Virus record (IMG/VR): IMGVR_UViG_3300046804_003780
DNA length: 64,000 nt
Direction: 5' to 3' (one strand)
DNA from: a virus
The stretch's first letter is position 1. Each line of letters starts with the position of its first letter. The notes below the pieces were generated by a model that was not told where the DNA came from, did not search any database, and saw only the letters and a program-made list of their open reading frames with translations. The position numbers and the translations under genes are program-made. Of the stretch, positions 8,593 through 18,833 are shown in pieces.

Positions 8593-9030
8593 TTACTTCT
8601 TTTTACCATTATAAAATAGAGCATCCTCATTTATTACTCTAAAAGTCAAGCCCTGACTTTTACAATAAGCGTTAGCAGCAGCCCATTTAGCATGATTGAT
8701 AGCCACTGTTGCCCTGTCTCTTGCGCTTGCTGTTCTGCTTTCTATAAGACTTTGCTTTTTAGGTTTTATCTCTACAACTTCAGCGTGTTTTTGTCCAAAC
8801 TTATTTTCATACAATATGAAAAAGTCAGGTATATAAATTGTTTGTTTACCTGTTAATGGATTACGATATGGTATACGTAATGATTCGCTAGCCCATTTTA
8901 ATACGCTATTGTTATTATCACAAAACATCATAAAAGTAAGTTCCCAACCCGATCTATACTTTGGTTTGTGATTACCTATGTATTTGTCAGGATTTTTGAC
9001 TTCATAAATGCCTTGTGCCCAATTAGCCAT
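8593..9030 (-). CDS. Head completion nuclease (T4 gp4-like, TnsA-type PD-(D/E)XK fold)
   Basis: NPDKYIG..YRSGWE..FM.FCD.N..VLKWASE..IPY..P....YIPDF...VVEIKP...N.AKW.AA...C. Confidence 0.9.
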   Translation of the reverse strand: MANWAQGIYEVKNPDKYIGNHKPKYRSGWELTFMMFCDNNNSVLKWASESLRIPYRNPLTGKQTIYIPDFFILYENKFGQKHAEVVEIKPKKQSLIESRTASARDRATVAINHAKWAAANAYCKSQGLTFRVINEDALFYNGKKK

Positions 9031-9031
9031 T

Positions 9032-9388
9032 TTAAGTCACTATATTTCTTTGAATGTTTTGATTAGGTATTGGTAAGTTTGCAACACCGTATAATGTAGT
9101 TTTTGATTTTAAACTGTTTAGGTAATAAGCCATGGTAGCAGTTAATTGTAGTCCACGTTTGCCTTGTACATACTCAAGCAAGGTCATCACAGGTTCCCCA
9201 GTATAGGACGCCATTCTAAAAATTATTGCAGTAAAATTTTTAGCTGTATTTTCACTTTGGCAAACACTTTTGAAGTAACTATAAACAACATCAAAATCAG
9301 ATGCGGAAATGTTTACGTCTGTTGAGTAAAACCTATCGAAAACTTTAACAGTATTGTCAAGTTGACTTGTTAAATCATTAGTTGGCAT
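9032..9388 (-). CDS. Hypothetical protein in tail operon
   Basis: 118-aa ORF tightly packed between the tube-like gene and gp4. Confidence 0.6.
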   Translation of the reverse strand: MPTNDLTSQLDNTVKVFDRFYSTDVNISASDFDVVYSYFKSVCQSENTAKNFTAIIFRMASYTGEPVMTLLEYVQGKRGLQLTATMAYYLNSLKSKTTLYGVANLPIPNQNIQRNIVT

Positions 9389-9390
9389 AA

Positions 9391-10563
9391 TTATCTATTA
9401 AATGATGGGAAACTAAAAAGTGTATTTCTATTTGGTGTACCTGTGATAGAATTTATAGCTCCAGTTCTAAATTCGCCGCTTGCTAATTTTCCTAAATCAG
9501 CACCCTTAAAAGTATTATAAGAACGCCCTGCTGTTAGTATTGCACCTAAATAATTACCATCACCTATATTACTTAAAACGCCGCCTGCGGCATCAACAAG
9601 GCCACCTTGACCTAATATTGTTTGATTAGCTCCGGGTCTTGCAATAGGACTCATTACAGTGTCATACAAGTGCATACCAAAATCACCAACTACTGGTTTA
9701 GCGTTTGGTGAAGTACCATTGGTCATGATAGCTCTGCCATCGATTGCACCCTCAAAATAGTTTACTGCTTCGTAAGCAATTGACATGGTGTGCTCCATTG
9801 TACCATTGGTTGAAGAGTAATCATATGTATCATGTTTAAATGATGTAATCATTGGATTAACTAATCTATATTGAACAAAATTATGTTGATTAAATCCATA
9901 AATGTTTATTGCTTTAAAGAATGGTGCCTTACTAACACCTAATGTGCTTGACAGGGCTGTTAATTGGTCTTTAGTACTTTGTCCAATATAACCCCATTCG
10001 TCATCTCCATATATAGAATTATCGTAAGTGTTTCTTCTGTTATAATCAAATACATTACTGCTTGTTGCAAATTGATTTACAAAATTAGGAGTTAATGTAT
10101 TATTAGGGGTAATACCCTGTGTTTGTGCAGCATTTTGTGTTGAATCTTTATAATAATAAGTAAAATATCCATACCAAAGATTACGAATTAAATTTGCATT
10201 ATCGTCATGAAATGTCAAATTTATATCATCATATTTTACTTTTGTTTGAACAATACGTTTTCTGTTATATTGATTCATTGTTGTAGTATCAATACTGTAT
10301 GTAGGTAGTTGAACAGTTTTTACTGCTAAACCAAAATGTGTATTTGTACCCTCAGGAAAGAAAGCTTTTGTACCAACTAACTCTGTGTTAATGTCAAAAG
10401 TTACGTGAAATAAAAACTTAAATTTTGGGCTGTAGGCGTAACCGTCGCTGCGAAAAACCCTACTTGCATGTTGAAAATCTCGGAGATATTCTGTGCCGAA
10501 TAAACCGCCTAGAACACCTTGACCGAGATTTTCACCTAATAGATTATCAAAAAATCCTGCCAT
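9391..10563 (-). CDS. Tail-tube-like baseplate/tube initiator (gp54/gp19 family)
   Basis: VKTVQLPTYSIDTTTMNQYNRKRIVQTKVKYDDINLTFHDD tube-fold motif; follows gp19. Confidence 0.7.
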   Translation of the reverse strand: MAGFFDNLLGENLGQGVLGGLFGTEYLRDFQHASRVFRSDGYAYSPKFKFLFHVTFDINTELVGTKAFFPEGTNTHFGLAVKTVQLPTYSIDTTTMNQYNRKRIVQTKVKYDDINLTFHDDNANLIRNLWYGYFTYYYKDSTQNAAQTQGITPNNTLTPNFVNQFATSSNVFDYNRRNTYDNSIYGDDEWGYIGQSTKDQLTALSSTLGVSKAPFFKAINIYGFNQHNFVQYRLVNPMITSFKHDTYDYSSTNGTMEHTMSIAYEAVNYFEGAIDGRAIMTNGTSPNAKPVVGDFGMHLYDTVMSPIARPGANQTILGQGGLVDAAGGVLSNIGDGNYLGAILTAGRSYNTFKGADLGKLASGEFRTGAINSITGTPNRNTLFSFPSFNR

Positions 10564-10570
10564 TTAACTT

Positions 10571-11200
10571 TTATGTACCAATACCTGTTATAGTTGTGCC
10601 GCCTAATGCACGACCAACTGCAACACCAATACCAGAACCAAGTGGGCTTTGAATTGCGTTATCAAATCTTATTGATAATGAAATTGTAACAGGATTGTTT
10701 TCACCATAGTTTAATGTATTGTAGTTTACATTTTGAATAAAACATCCATACATTTCCCAAGTTTCTAATACAGTCGGTGTCGCTGTTCCGTTACCACCAT
10801 CAAGTACTTCATAGTTGATTTGAAACTTATAATCCTGACCTGTAGCAGCACTTGCCTGTTCAACAAAGTCCATTTGCTTTTGGATTTGTTGCCCAACTAA
10901 TCTAGCCACGCTGCCAGTCGCATCGTCACGTAAATTAATTGTGGTCATTTGCCACTCATGCTTACCTGCCAAATATAGTTTTGAGTTATAGATGTCAATT
11001 GGTATTTCTGAAAAACTAACTTGAGGTCTTGCTACATCTATAACCTGTCTAGTTAACTCTTGAGTAGAACCGCCCACACCAAAGTTTAAAAATAAAACTC
11101 TAAATCTGTATTGTAATTTTGGCATCAACAGTGCTGCTGTGCTGGGCGTATTGTCTTGCCCTACAGACATATTGAACAATGATTGTGATGCTGTTGCCAT
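10571..11200 (-). CDS. Tail tube protein (gp19-like)
   Basis: PKLQYRFRV...RPQVSF......YNS..YLAGKHEW...TINLRDD...WEMYGCF...NY..L.Y; directly downstream of sheath. Confidence 0.85.
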   Translation of the reverse strand: MATASQSLFNMSVGQDNTPSTAALLMPKLQYRFRVLFLNFGVGGSTQELTRQVIDVARPQVSFSEIPIDIYNSKLYLAGKHEWQMTTINLRDDATGSVARLVGQQIQKQMDFVEQASAATGQDYKFQINYEVLDGGNGTATPTVLETWEMYGCFIQNVNYNTLNYGENNPVTISLSIRFDNAIQSPLGSGIGVAVGRALGGTTITGIGT

Positions 11201-11243
11201 TTGTGTATCTCCTTAATATATTTATCTTAAAAAATTCTCAAGT

Positions 11244-14200
11244 TTAACCGAATATAGTTGAACCTCTTTCTGCTATTTCACCTGTATTCATAATTCTAAC
11301 AGGTATGTAAATAAACTCAGCCGCCTTAACAGGTTCAATTGCAATATCTATCCATAGTTGATTCGCATCTATACGGGCAGGAGTGTTATTTGTCCCATCA
11401 CACACAACCAAGTAATCGTAAATACCACGCTTAGCTACAAGATCCACAAATAATGTTTGTACAACACTAGTAATTTGACTTCTTGTTAGAGAATCGTTTG
11501 GTTCGAATACGAAAGGACGTGCTAATATAGTTAACTTCTCACGAATATAATTTACCAATCTAGCGACATTAATTCTATCTAATGCTGATTGAGTATTTTT
11601 ACTGTTCTTGTTGCCATAATTTAGTAATCCAATGCTTGTAAAGAAAGCTAACGGATTAATAAAATTACTGTAAAGTACGTCACGTATACCAACACGATTT
11701 TTTATAACTTGGAATTCACCTGTTTGGGCATTTACATAACCAATGCTTGAAGCATTATCGATAGTGCCTCTACGTGTACCTGCAGGTGCTAACCAAGGAT
11801 AAGCAATAGTGTCGTTACGTAAGAATGTACGCAACATCATGTGACTTGGAGGAACTGCTACTGGTGTTCCAGTTAAATCAGTGCTTAGTCCACTTGGATA
11901 AAACAAGCCTAAATATTCATCACGTGTTACACAACCAACTTCACCTGTACTTGTTGCACCAGCACTATTCTTAGCCCATGCTTCAATATCGGTAGCCTGA
12001 TCGCTTAATCTCATTGGTGTGTCACCTAGAATGTAGGCAGTATTTCCACGCTCATTATTTAATGCGACCATTTGTGGCTGTAATTCAGGATAATTAGGAC
12101 ATGCCATTAAATTAAAGAAATTATCTTCTTCACGAATTGTTTGATTTGTTGATATAGCTGCAGTAAGTGCTTGTACTACCATTGCACGTTGTGCTTTTCT
12201 TCCCATATAAGGGCTTCCATCTGATTGCAATCCACTTGTACTTACCCATGCGTTTTTAACTAGTGGTAAAGTTACATCTCCAAATGTTTGTGGATTAAAA
12301 TAATTTGATCTAAATTGTTTTACATTGTATCCTGATCTGCGAGTATTGAATAGTAACATTCCTTGTGGATATTGAGCGGGATTAGGAGCGTCTAAGTCAA
12401 GATAGTTACTTGTTAATAAGCTTACTATAGTTGGAATAGGATCACTGATTGGATCTGTGGTACCATTTCCTGCCCAACGTGCATCTGCAAATAAAATACC
12501 ATCACCTGATGTTTGGTCTGTATTATCAATCAATATCCATTGATCAACACCATCAACCATTTGCCAACGACTTAACACAGGATAATTTTCTAGATCACTA
12601 CTATCTATCCATAAATCGCCGTATACTAATGCAGTGCCATCAGTTTGTGTGGTTGGAGCTGTAGCACTTATAATTGGTCCAGATGGGTCAGTTGCATTAA
12701 CTCCTGTGCTTATAGGGTTACCTGATGAATCATAATTTACATTTCTGTAACCTTTCCAAGCACCCCCTTGTTGAATCATTATGTCTACTTGATCAATGGA
12801 GCTATAGAACCAATTTGTATTATTTACGGGATTAGTAAATGGTGCTCCTTCATTTGCGATATAATCCATTTTACTCCAATTTGATAAAATATTGAAATAA
12901 ATAGGCGCTGCAGTGCCTGAAACATAGGCTACAGATGTCACCACACCTGAACTCACTGACATTACTCTTACTACTAAATTATTTGTGGGGGTTATTCCTC
13001 CTAATGCACTACCTTCTATTGTGATAAAATCCCCTACAGTATATGATGAACCTCCTGTTGCAATACCATATGGTATATAAGAATCACCACTTATAGTAAG
13101 ATTTATACTACATCCTGTGCCTGCTCCAGTTGTACTATATTGTGGTGCATTCAACACAGGTATTCCACTGTTTACAAATGGTTGAACTCTAGCATTAGTG
13201 CTGTAAGATAAACCCGCTAAATCCAATAAGTTTGAGTAACTTGAATTTGGAATTAAAACTAATTCTCCTCCAATTGATTGAGTAATTTGAATTGAGCCAT
13301 CAGTTGTTACTGATGCAGTTGTATTAGGAATATTCGCATTTTGCCATGCAATCACAAATTCTTGTGAGCTAACTGTCCCTGCACCAGGTAAAGTTACGTT
13401 ATAAATTTGAGCAATATTTGAAGGTACGATTACAGAAAAAGTACCACTGTTGGGTAACACAGGATTTTTCACTGTGCCTGTTATTACAGTGCTGCCTGTG
13501 GCAAGTCTTTTGTAAAAATATAAGTTATTACATATATTTGTAGTTACATTACCTAATGAATTAAATACACCAATAACCGTTCCAGCTGGAATATTTTGTC
13601 CGCCAGCTGTCCCAGTAATTGAAAAAGTAGCTTGTGATAAATTAGGATAAATACCTACTGGTCTTTGAACAAATGCAGAAGAGGCAGTCACAAACTCTTG
13701 CATAACAACATTCATGCCGTTTCCTGCTATTGAAGTTTTTAACCAAATACTACCAGTAGGGTGCGGAGTGGTCTGCCCTGATGTCCATAATGGCATTTGT
13801 GATGATGCCCCTGCAATCATTTCAGGTGGATAAAATTTACTTGTATTTGAAATACCTATGTCGTTTAATACAGTGTTAGTTGAACTAAATGTAAGATATG
13901 ATGTATTTTGTTGAGGATATTCTATCTGAGGACTGTAGTAAATGTTTAATCTACCACTAGTAACATTTGCTGTAATATCTCCTAAATTTAATCCATTAAT
14001 TACTTCAGCAACACCAAACACGTTATTGTTAGGAGCTGCAGGCACACCAATTACTAAACTATAATTAACTTTAGCTCCGACCACTGAGATTGTAAAAGTA
14101 GAACCTGCTGCTAAAGTTGGATTAGAAACGGTGCCAGTAACTGCAGGAACAGTTCTAGACCACTCAGGAGTTCCTAATTGGACCCAATTATTAAATTGAC

Positions 14201-14819
14201 TTTTATAAAAAAACATGCTTTGGGCATAAGGGTTAACAGTCGTTGGTTGTATGGCAACAACTGCATAACTTCCTATGTTTCCTATGCTTTGTAGTGGATA
14301 ACCACCAGCTAAATCAACTGAGTTTACGATAACGATTGGAGTTTGTTGTGTAAATTTACCAGTTGATTTGTTAAATTCATAAATGCCCCAACTTGATGTG
14401 GTTGTGTCTAACCAATATGTGCCATCTGCTGGATTACCCTTTGGACGACTTAATGTACCTACCAAACTTGCTAGATCAATATCTGCTCTTAACACCCAAA
14501 TGCCATTTGTCACACCAAGTGTAGAATATGCGGCTAAAAGCCCATATTCATTAAGTTCATATCCCTGAATAGGGGTACCATTTGTTGTTTTATAGAAGAA
14601 AGGGTTTCCATATAAAGAAACTAAATCACGCTGACTTGTTACTTTATAGACTTTATTTGCATTAGCTGCAATTGTTCCTGGTGCAACAGATGTGCCTGCA
14701 GCATTTGACTTGTTTTGTGCTGTTGCTACAAGCACAAACGGTACTGAAGTACTTTGGGCTGGTGCGTAGTTACTTTCATCAATGATTGTTACTTCTACGC
14801 CTGGTGATGTTAGAGCCAT
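11244..14819 (-). CDS. Tail sheath protein (gp18-like), enlarged
   Basis: N-terminal LTSPGVEVTIIDES; C-terminal PWLAPAGTRRG, SALDRINVARL, FVFEPND, YDYLVVCDGTNNTPARID, IEPVKAAEFIYIP. Confidence 0.95.
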   Translation of the reverse strand: MALTSPGVEVTIIDESNYAPAQSTSVPFVLVATAQNKSNAAGTSVAPGTIAANANKVYKVTSQRDLVSLYGNPFFYKTTNGTPIQGYELNEYGLLAAYSTLGVTNGIWVLRADIDLASLVGTLSRPKGNPADGTYWLDTTTSSWGIYEFNKSTGKFTQQTPIVIVNSVDLAGGYPLQSIGNIGSYAVVAIQPTTVNPYAQSMFFYKSQFNNWVQLGTPEWSRTVPAVTGTVSNPTLAAGSTFTISVVGAKVNYSLVIGVPAAPNNNVFGVAEVINGLNLGDITANVTSGRLNIYYSPQIEYPQQNTSYLTFSSTNTVLNDIGISNTSKFYPPEMIAGASSQMPLWTSGQTTPHPTGSIWLKTSIAGNGMNVVMQEFVTASSAFVQRPVGIYPNLSQATFSITGTAGGQNIPAGTVIGVFNSLGNVTTNICNNLYFYKRLATGSTVITGTVKNPVLPNSGTFSVIVPSNIAQIYNVTLPGAGTVSSQEFVIAWQNANIPNTTASVTTDGSIQITQSIGGELVLIPNSSYSNLLDLAGLSYSTNARVQPFVNSGIPVLNAPQYSTTGAGTGCSINLTISGDSYIPYGIATGGSSYTVGDFITIEGSALGGITPTNNLVVRVMSVSSGVVTSVAYVSGTAAPIYFNILSNWSKMDYIANEGAPFTNPVNNTNWFYSSIDQVDIMIQQGGAWKGYRNVNYDSSGNPISTGVNATDPSGPIISATAPTTQTDGTALVYGDLWIDSSDLENYPVLSRWQMVDGVDQWILIDNTDQTSGDGILFADARWAGNGTTDPISDPIPTIVSLLTSNYLDLDAPNPAQYPQGMLLFNTRRSGYNVKQFRSNYFNPQTFGDVTLPLVKNAWVSTSGLQSDGSPYMGRKAQRAMVVQALTAAISTNQTIREEDNFFNLMACPNYPELQPQMVALNNERGNTAYILGDTPMRLSDQATDIEAWAKNSAGATSTGEVGCVTRDEYLGLFYPSGLSTDLTGTPVAVPPSHMMLRTFLRNDTIAYPWLAPAGTRRGTIDNASSIGYVNAQTGEFQVIKNRVGIRDVLYSNFINPLAFFTSIGLLNYGNKNSKNTQSALDRINVARLVNYIREKLTILARPFVFEPNDSLTRSQITSVVQTLFVDLVAKRGIYDYLVVCDGTNNTPARIDANQLWIDIAIEPVKAAEFIYIPVRIMNTGEIAERGSTIFG

Positions 14820-14940
14820 TTTATATTTCCTTTAATGTTATGATTTTGAGGGTTAACTCCCTAGTATAATTATATTTATTAATTTTTAAAGATTTTATGG
14901 TTCTGTAAACTCTTCGGGAAGAGTTGCTATAAATAAATGA

Positions 14941-15285
14941 ATGAAAAGACCCATTTGCAAAGTATGTAACAAGAATCCATGTGCTGCGAACTATTACCGA
15001 GATGGGGTCAGACATTATCGCAGTAAATGTGAGGAATGCCGTAGAAAAAACAAAAAACTTATCCCCCAACAGCCTAAATGGAAACTTGCAGGATACAAGA
15101 AAAAACCCACATGTGATATATGTGGGTTTAAAAAATCATACGATAGTCAATTAGCTGTATTTCACATTGACGGGAATTTGAACAATGTTGATTTGTTCAA
15201 TCTTCGTACCGTATGTTTAAATTGTATTGAAATAGTTAAACGCAGAGAAACTATTTGGAAACGAGGAGACCTTGAGGTTGATTAG
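14941..15285 (+). CDS. Zn-finger/HNH-fold endonuclease-like protein
   Basis: CxxC...CxxC N-terminus; CDICG...VFHIDGNLNN....NL..VCLNC. Confidence 0.75.
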   Translation: MKRPICKVCNKNPCAANYYRDGVRHYRSKCEECRRKNKKLIPQQPKWKLAGYKKKPTCDICGFKKSYDSQLAVFHIDGNLNNVDLFNLRTVCLNCIEIVKRRETIWKRGDLEVD

Positions 15286-15917
15286 CTTAAATTAAGCATG
15301 TGCTTTACACACTCAAACAGGTCATCAATTGTACTGTCATTATGAATTTCATGGTCAAACTCTAAACCAACACTGCTATACTCGCTAGGGTGTATTCCAA
15401 GCTTAGCAAGTCTGTCTTTACTTCGAGACCAACTCATATGTTTAGGGCCCTTGTTAACTGCAATAGCATCTTCGTACCAATCAGGTTTAGGACCACGATG
15501 AACTCTAATTGTAATGCCACCAAGTCTTTTAATTGCGTTCAGTTCGTTTAGAAATCTTGTGTCTGTTATGACAATATCATCTTTACTTTGTCTAAGCTTA
15601 TTTTCTAAACTAGCTATCCAAATATCATTATGGAAGCTTTGACGACCTACTTCTGTGCCCCATTGCTGTAATACCCATCTTGGACTTAATTTAGGCAAGT
15701 TAAGACGTTCACTCCACCATGGGTCTATTTGCTCACGCCACTCTCTACTATATTTTGTTTTCCCTTCGAGTAGCTCACGATCCCAACCGAACACATGTGA
15801 TACAGCGTCCTTGAGACTTCCGGCCCAACTTTCTTTTTTAAATCCATGTTCGGTAATAAGATAATCGGCAATAGTGTCTTTGCCTGATCCGATGAATCCA
15901 GTTACACTTACTAGCAT
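15282..15917 (-). CDS. Deoxynucleoside monophosphate kinase (T4 gp1-like)
   Basis: GFIGSGKDT P-loop, PRWVLQQWGTE, VITDTRF.NE, HPSE; start moved to ATG 15917 (AAGGAG RBS upstream). Confidence 0.92.
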   Translation of the reverse strand: MLVSVTGFIGSGKDTIADYLITEHGFKKESWAGSLKDAVSHVFGWDRELLEGKTKYSREWREQIDPWWSERLNLPKLSPRWVLQQWGTEVGRQSFHNDIWIASLENKLRQSKDDIVITDTRFLNELNAIKRLGGITIRVHRGPKPDWYEDAIAVNKGPKHMSWSRSKDRLAKLGIHPSEYSSVGLEFDHEIHNDSTIDDLFECVKHMLNLS

Positions 15918-15973
15918 TTTATCTCCTTGTAACATATTATATTACAGTAAGAAATAAATTCATAAAGTAAAGG

Positions 15974-16738
15974 TTAACCTTGTATCCAAGTTAACGGTTG
16001 GCTGTAATCAACATATCTGCGTAAATCTTCAAGTAGTTGATCCTGTGATGCCTTGGCTTCTGCTTTAAGTGCTGTACCATTCAATGTAGTTCCACCAGCA
16101 GGTCCAGCAATACTTGCGAACTTTTCACGTGCTTCACCTAAAATACTCTTTAACTGTGCAAGTGTCCAATCGCTAATCCAAACCCCTGCACCTGGATCTT
16201 GTAATAATTCTAATTCAGGTCTTTGTATGTCTGCCCAAATTAGAACTTTCTCACCTGATCCTTTAGGATCACGAACAATACGTAATTCTTTAGTCACAGG
16301 ATTAAATGTAAAAATTACATAGCCACCAAACATACGTGCTGCCAGTTCAATATATCCTGCATAAAAATCATATGTTGCTAAACCACCTGCATAATTGTAG
16401 TTAAGCAAGTAAGTGTTTAAAATCGCACTACTAAATGGATCAAAACTGCTTGAAGATGGACCTGTCTCTAGACCAACTGTTCTCCTAAATAATTGTCTTA
16501 CATTTATAAACTCATCTGGTAAAGTATAAACGTTAGTATTTTTATGAATTTCGAATAATGTATACGATTCTATTGTAGCATTTTGCGCACGTTGGCGATA
16601 CACTTTGATTGCATATTGATAGGCTGCTTCATAGTGTTCAGGGTCTAGTTCTACATCTACTATTCCGTCACCTAGTCGATAACGTAAGTTTTTAAATAAT
16701 TCGTCTTTTAATTGCTGTAAACTTTGTGATGTTGGCAT
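15974..16738 (-). CDS. Neck protein (gp13-like)
   Basis: LGDGIVDVELDPEH, W..DWTLAQLK..LGEAREKF..I.GP.GG.TLNG; late promoter 16759. Confidence 0.85.
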   Translation of the reverse strand: MPTSQSLQQLKDELFKNLRYRLGDGIVDVELDPEHYEAAYQYAIKVYRQRAQNATIESYTLFEIHKNTNVYTLPDEFINVRQLFRRTVGLETGPSSSSFDPFSSAILNTYLLNYNYAGGLATYDFYAGYIELAARMFGGYVIFTFNPVTKELRIVRDPKGSGEKVLIWADIQRPELELLQDPGAGVWISDWTLAQLKSILGEAREKFASIAGPAGGTTLNGTALKAEAKASQDQLLEDLRRYVDYSQPLTWIQG

Positions 16739-16782
16739 AAAAAATTCCCCAGATAGTGTATTTATCTGGAGAACCTATCATA

Positions 16783-17229
16783 TTACAGATCACCCTCTTT
16801 GCGATTTTCGCTGTAATATGGGTCAAAACTACCACCAGGATAGCGTGATTCTAGCTTCTTGACATTCTCAACAATCACATCGTTAGGATCAAGATTTAAT
16901 GCTCTGCAAGCATTAATCCAATACCACATAATATCTCCAAGTTCCCGTTTCATATGAAACACTGCATCGTCAGTAAGTGCTTTACCCTGAAAGATAATCT
17001 TCTTAGGTATCTCAACAAACTCTCCTGACTCTGCCGCTAATCCCATACATGCGGTAATGAGTAATGGGATGTTTGCGTCAGGACCATGTTTCATTTGTCC
17101 GTCATTTAAATCTAACTCATAATTTGCATCTAGTCTGTCAAGTGTTGACATAAAGGTAGTTAAATCATTACTAGGTTGGCTAGTAACTTTTTCTACAAAG
17201 TGTTGGTATTTGTTTAAATCAATATTCAT
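16783..17229 (-). CDS. mazG: MazG-like NTP pyrophosphohydrolase
   Basis: GLAAESGEFVEIPKK...ELGDIMWY...N..KL..RYP. Confidence 0.88.
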   Translation of the reverse strand: MNIDLNKYQHFVEKVTSQPSNDLTTFMSTLDRLDANYELDLNDGQMKHGPDANIPLLITACMGLAAESGEFVEIPKKIIFQGKALTDDAVFHMKRELGDIMWYWINACRALNLDPNDVIVENVKKLESRYPGGSFDPYYSENRKEGDL

Positions 17230-17510
17230 TCTTCAACTCCGAAATGTTTGTTAATCAAATCTACTGCCTGGCCCCGACTAATCATATCACGCAACATAGG
17301 ACTTAATGCTACACCACATTCCCGAACAGTTTCGATTATGCCATCAGACTTGCCTGCAATATAGCCTGCGCTGAAGTGTTTGGCTTCAAACTCTTTCTCC
17401 AGCAACTCGGCGAATTTTTTTGTATCAAAGTGCAGATGCCCGTCAATCAATGCACCGTCAACTCTGTGAGTCCAGCATTGCTTTTCTAATTCTTTAATTC
17501 GTTCGTTCAT
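17226..17510 (-). CDS. Small phage hypothetical protein (MNERI...KFAEL...HFGVEE type)
   Basis: Start moved to ATG 17510 (TAATG overlap with upstream stop); ATGA overlap with mazG. Confidence 0.65.
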   Translation of the reverse strand: MNERIKELEKQCWTHRVDGALIDGHLHFDTKKFAELLEKEFEAKHFSAGYIAGKSDGIIETVRECGVALSPMLRDMISRGQAVDLINKHFGVEE

Positions 17511-18712
17511 TAGAAGCACCTCAGTATGATCATGTTTTCATTAAAACGACCGTTTGGAACAGTCGCAGTTGCTTTGATTCCCTCAAAATATTTACGTGCT
17601 GCGGGCTTACTACCCATAACTTCTTTAAGTTGTTCACCTGGCTTACGCAGTGTTTTAATCTCACTCTTGCCTGTGTCAAAGCCAATAATAGTATTGCCTT
17701 TGACAGTGAAAGTCTGACTATACTGGTCAGCAATGTAGTGATGCAGTTTGCGCTTTGCAGTGTCATACGCCCAACATTCACTTGCACCATGTAATTTAGT
17801 AGGATGCACACTGACTAAATCAAGCTTGAGTGCAGGATCTTTAAACTCTTTAAGATACTTGAGTTTAGATACGATCTTCTCGACAGGAACTGGCTTGCGC
17901 TTGCGAGGTGTCTTGCTTGCTTTTTTGATACTGATATAACTATTGAGGTCATTGATAACTTGTTCAATAGCCTTAATCATGTTTTTCACTTGCACTTTGC
18001 CGAACTGACTATAGCCCTCAACAAGTTGTGGGTCTTTACCTTCTTGTACTTCATACCATTCATTAAGTTCTTTTTTCCAAACATCAAGTATGATAGGGAT
18101 GTGTTGTGGAAGAATGTTATGCTTTGCAAGAATGTCGATGGGCTTGCCTGGCAGATTGCCCTTTAGTCCAGCTTGAATAAAATCATCAAACAACCCAATA
18201 ATTTCACCTGTTGCCTCACGTGCTTTTTCACGCATAATTTCTTGTACATTGGGTCGATTGGTAGATTCTTTTTCTACTTTTTCTTCTTCAACGTCTTGTG
18301 GGGCAAGATTTGATTTAAACACTGTTTCTGGCTTATGCACACAATCCATTAATCTTACAATTTCGTTCTGTAGTGACAATTCTTCATGTTCATTTAATTG
18401 CAAGCCACGCAATGTCATACGTGCTAGCCAACCATAGGTGCTAAGAATTTCACTTTCAGGAACTTTTGCCATTACTTTAGCATCGGACTTACGATCATTA
18501 AGTTCCAAATACTGTATAAGTAATTCTTTAGCCTCTTTGCGACTGTAAAATCTCACATACCAACTGAACGCCCTTGATAGTGCGCTGTTGCGAGAATCAG
18601 GATCAGGTTGTATAGCAAAAAATGGTTCATCTCCTACATACTTTGTGTCCCCGTCCTTAGGGTTCAATGCTTTTATTAGTGCGTGATCTGAATTCTTTGA
18701 CTTACGGGACAT
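17510..18712 (-). CDS. Hypothetical early protein (400 aa)
   Basis: Long ORF with AGGAG RBS, first gene after a strong sigma70 promoter. Confidence 0.7.
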   Translation of the reverse strand: MSRKSKNSDHALIKALNPKDGDTKYVGDEPFFAIQPDPDSRNSALSRAFSWYVRFYSRKEAKELLIQYLELNDRKSDAKVMAKVPESEILSTYGWLARMTLRGLQLNEHEELSLQNEIVRLMDCVHKPETVFKSNLAPQDVEEEKVEKESTNRPNVQEIMREKAREATGEIIGLFDDFIQAGLKGNLPGKPIDILAKHNILPQHIPIILDVWKKELNEWYEVQEGKDPQLVEGYSQFGKVQVKNMIKAIEQVINDLNSYISIKKASKTPRKRKPVPVEKIVSKLKYLKEFKDPALKLDLVSVHPTKLHGASECWAYDTAKRKLHHYIADQYSQTFTVKGNTIIGFDTGKSEIKTLRKPGEQLKEVMGSKPAARKYFEGIKATATVPNGRFNENMIILRCF

Positions 18713-18740
18713 AACTTACTCCTATACTTAATGAAATGCT

Positions 18741-18769
18741 ATTATAGCACACCCTGTATTTACTTGCAA
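18741..18769 (-). promoter_or_regulatory. Sigma70-type early promoter
   Basis: TTGCAA-N17-TATAAT with extended -10 TG. Confidence 0.8.
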
Positions 18770-18833
18770 CCTTTTGGAAGTTGTCATATTAACAACGGAT
18801 TTATGACTAAATACATTATAAACGGAATGACAA

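Noticed and set aside
8593-9030. TnsA-like transposase
   Set aside because: Motifs and context match T4 gp4 head completion protein; no other Tn7 genes or transposon ends
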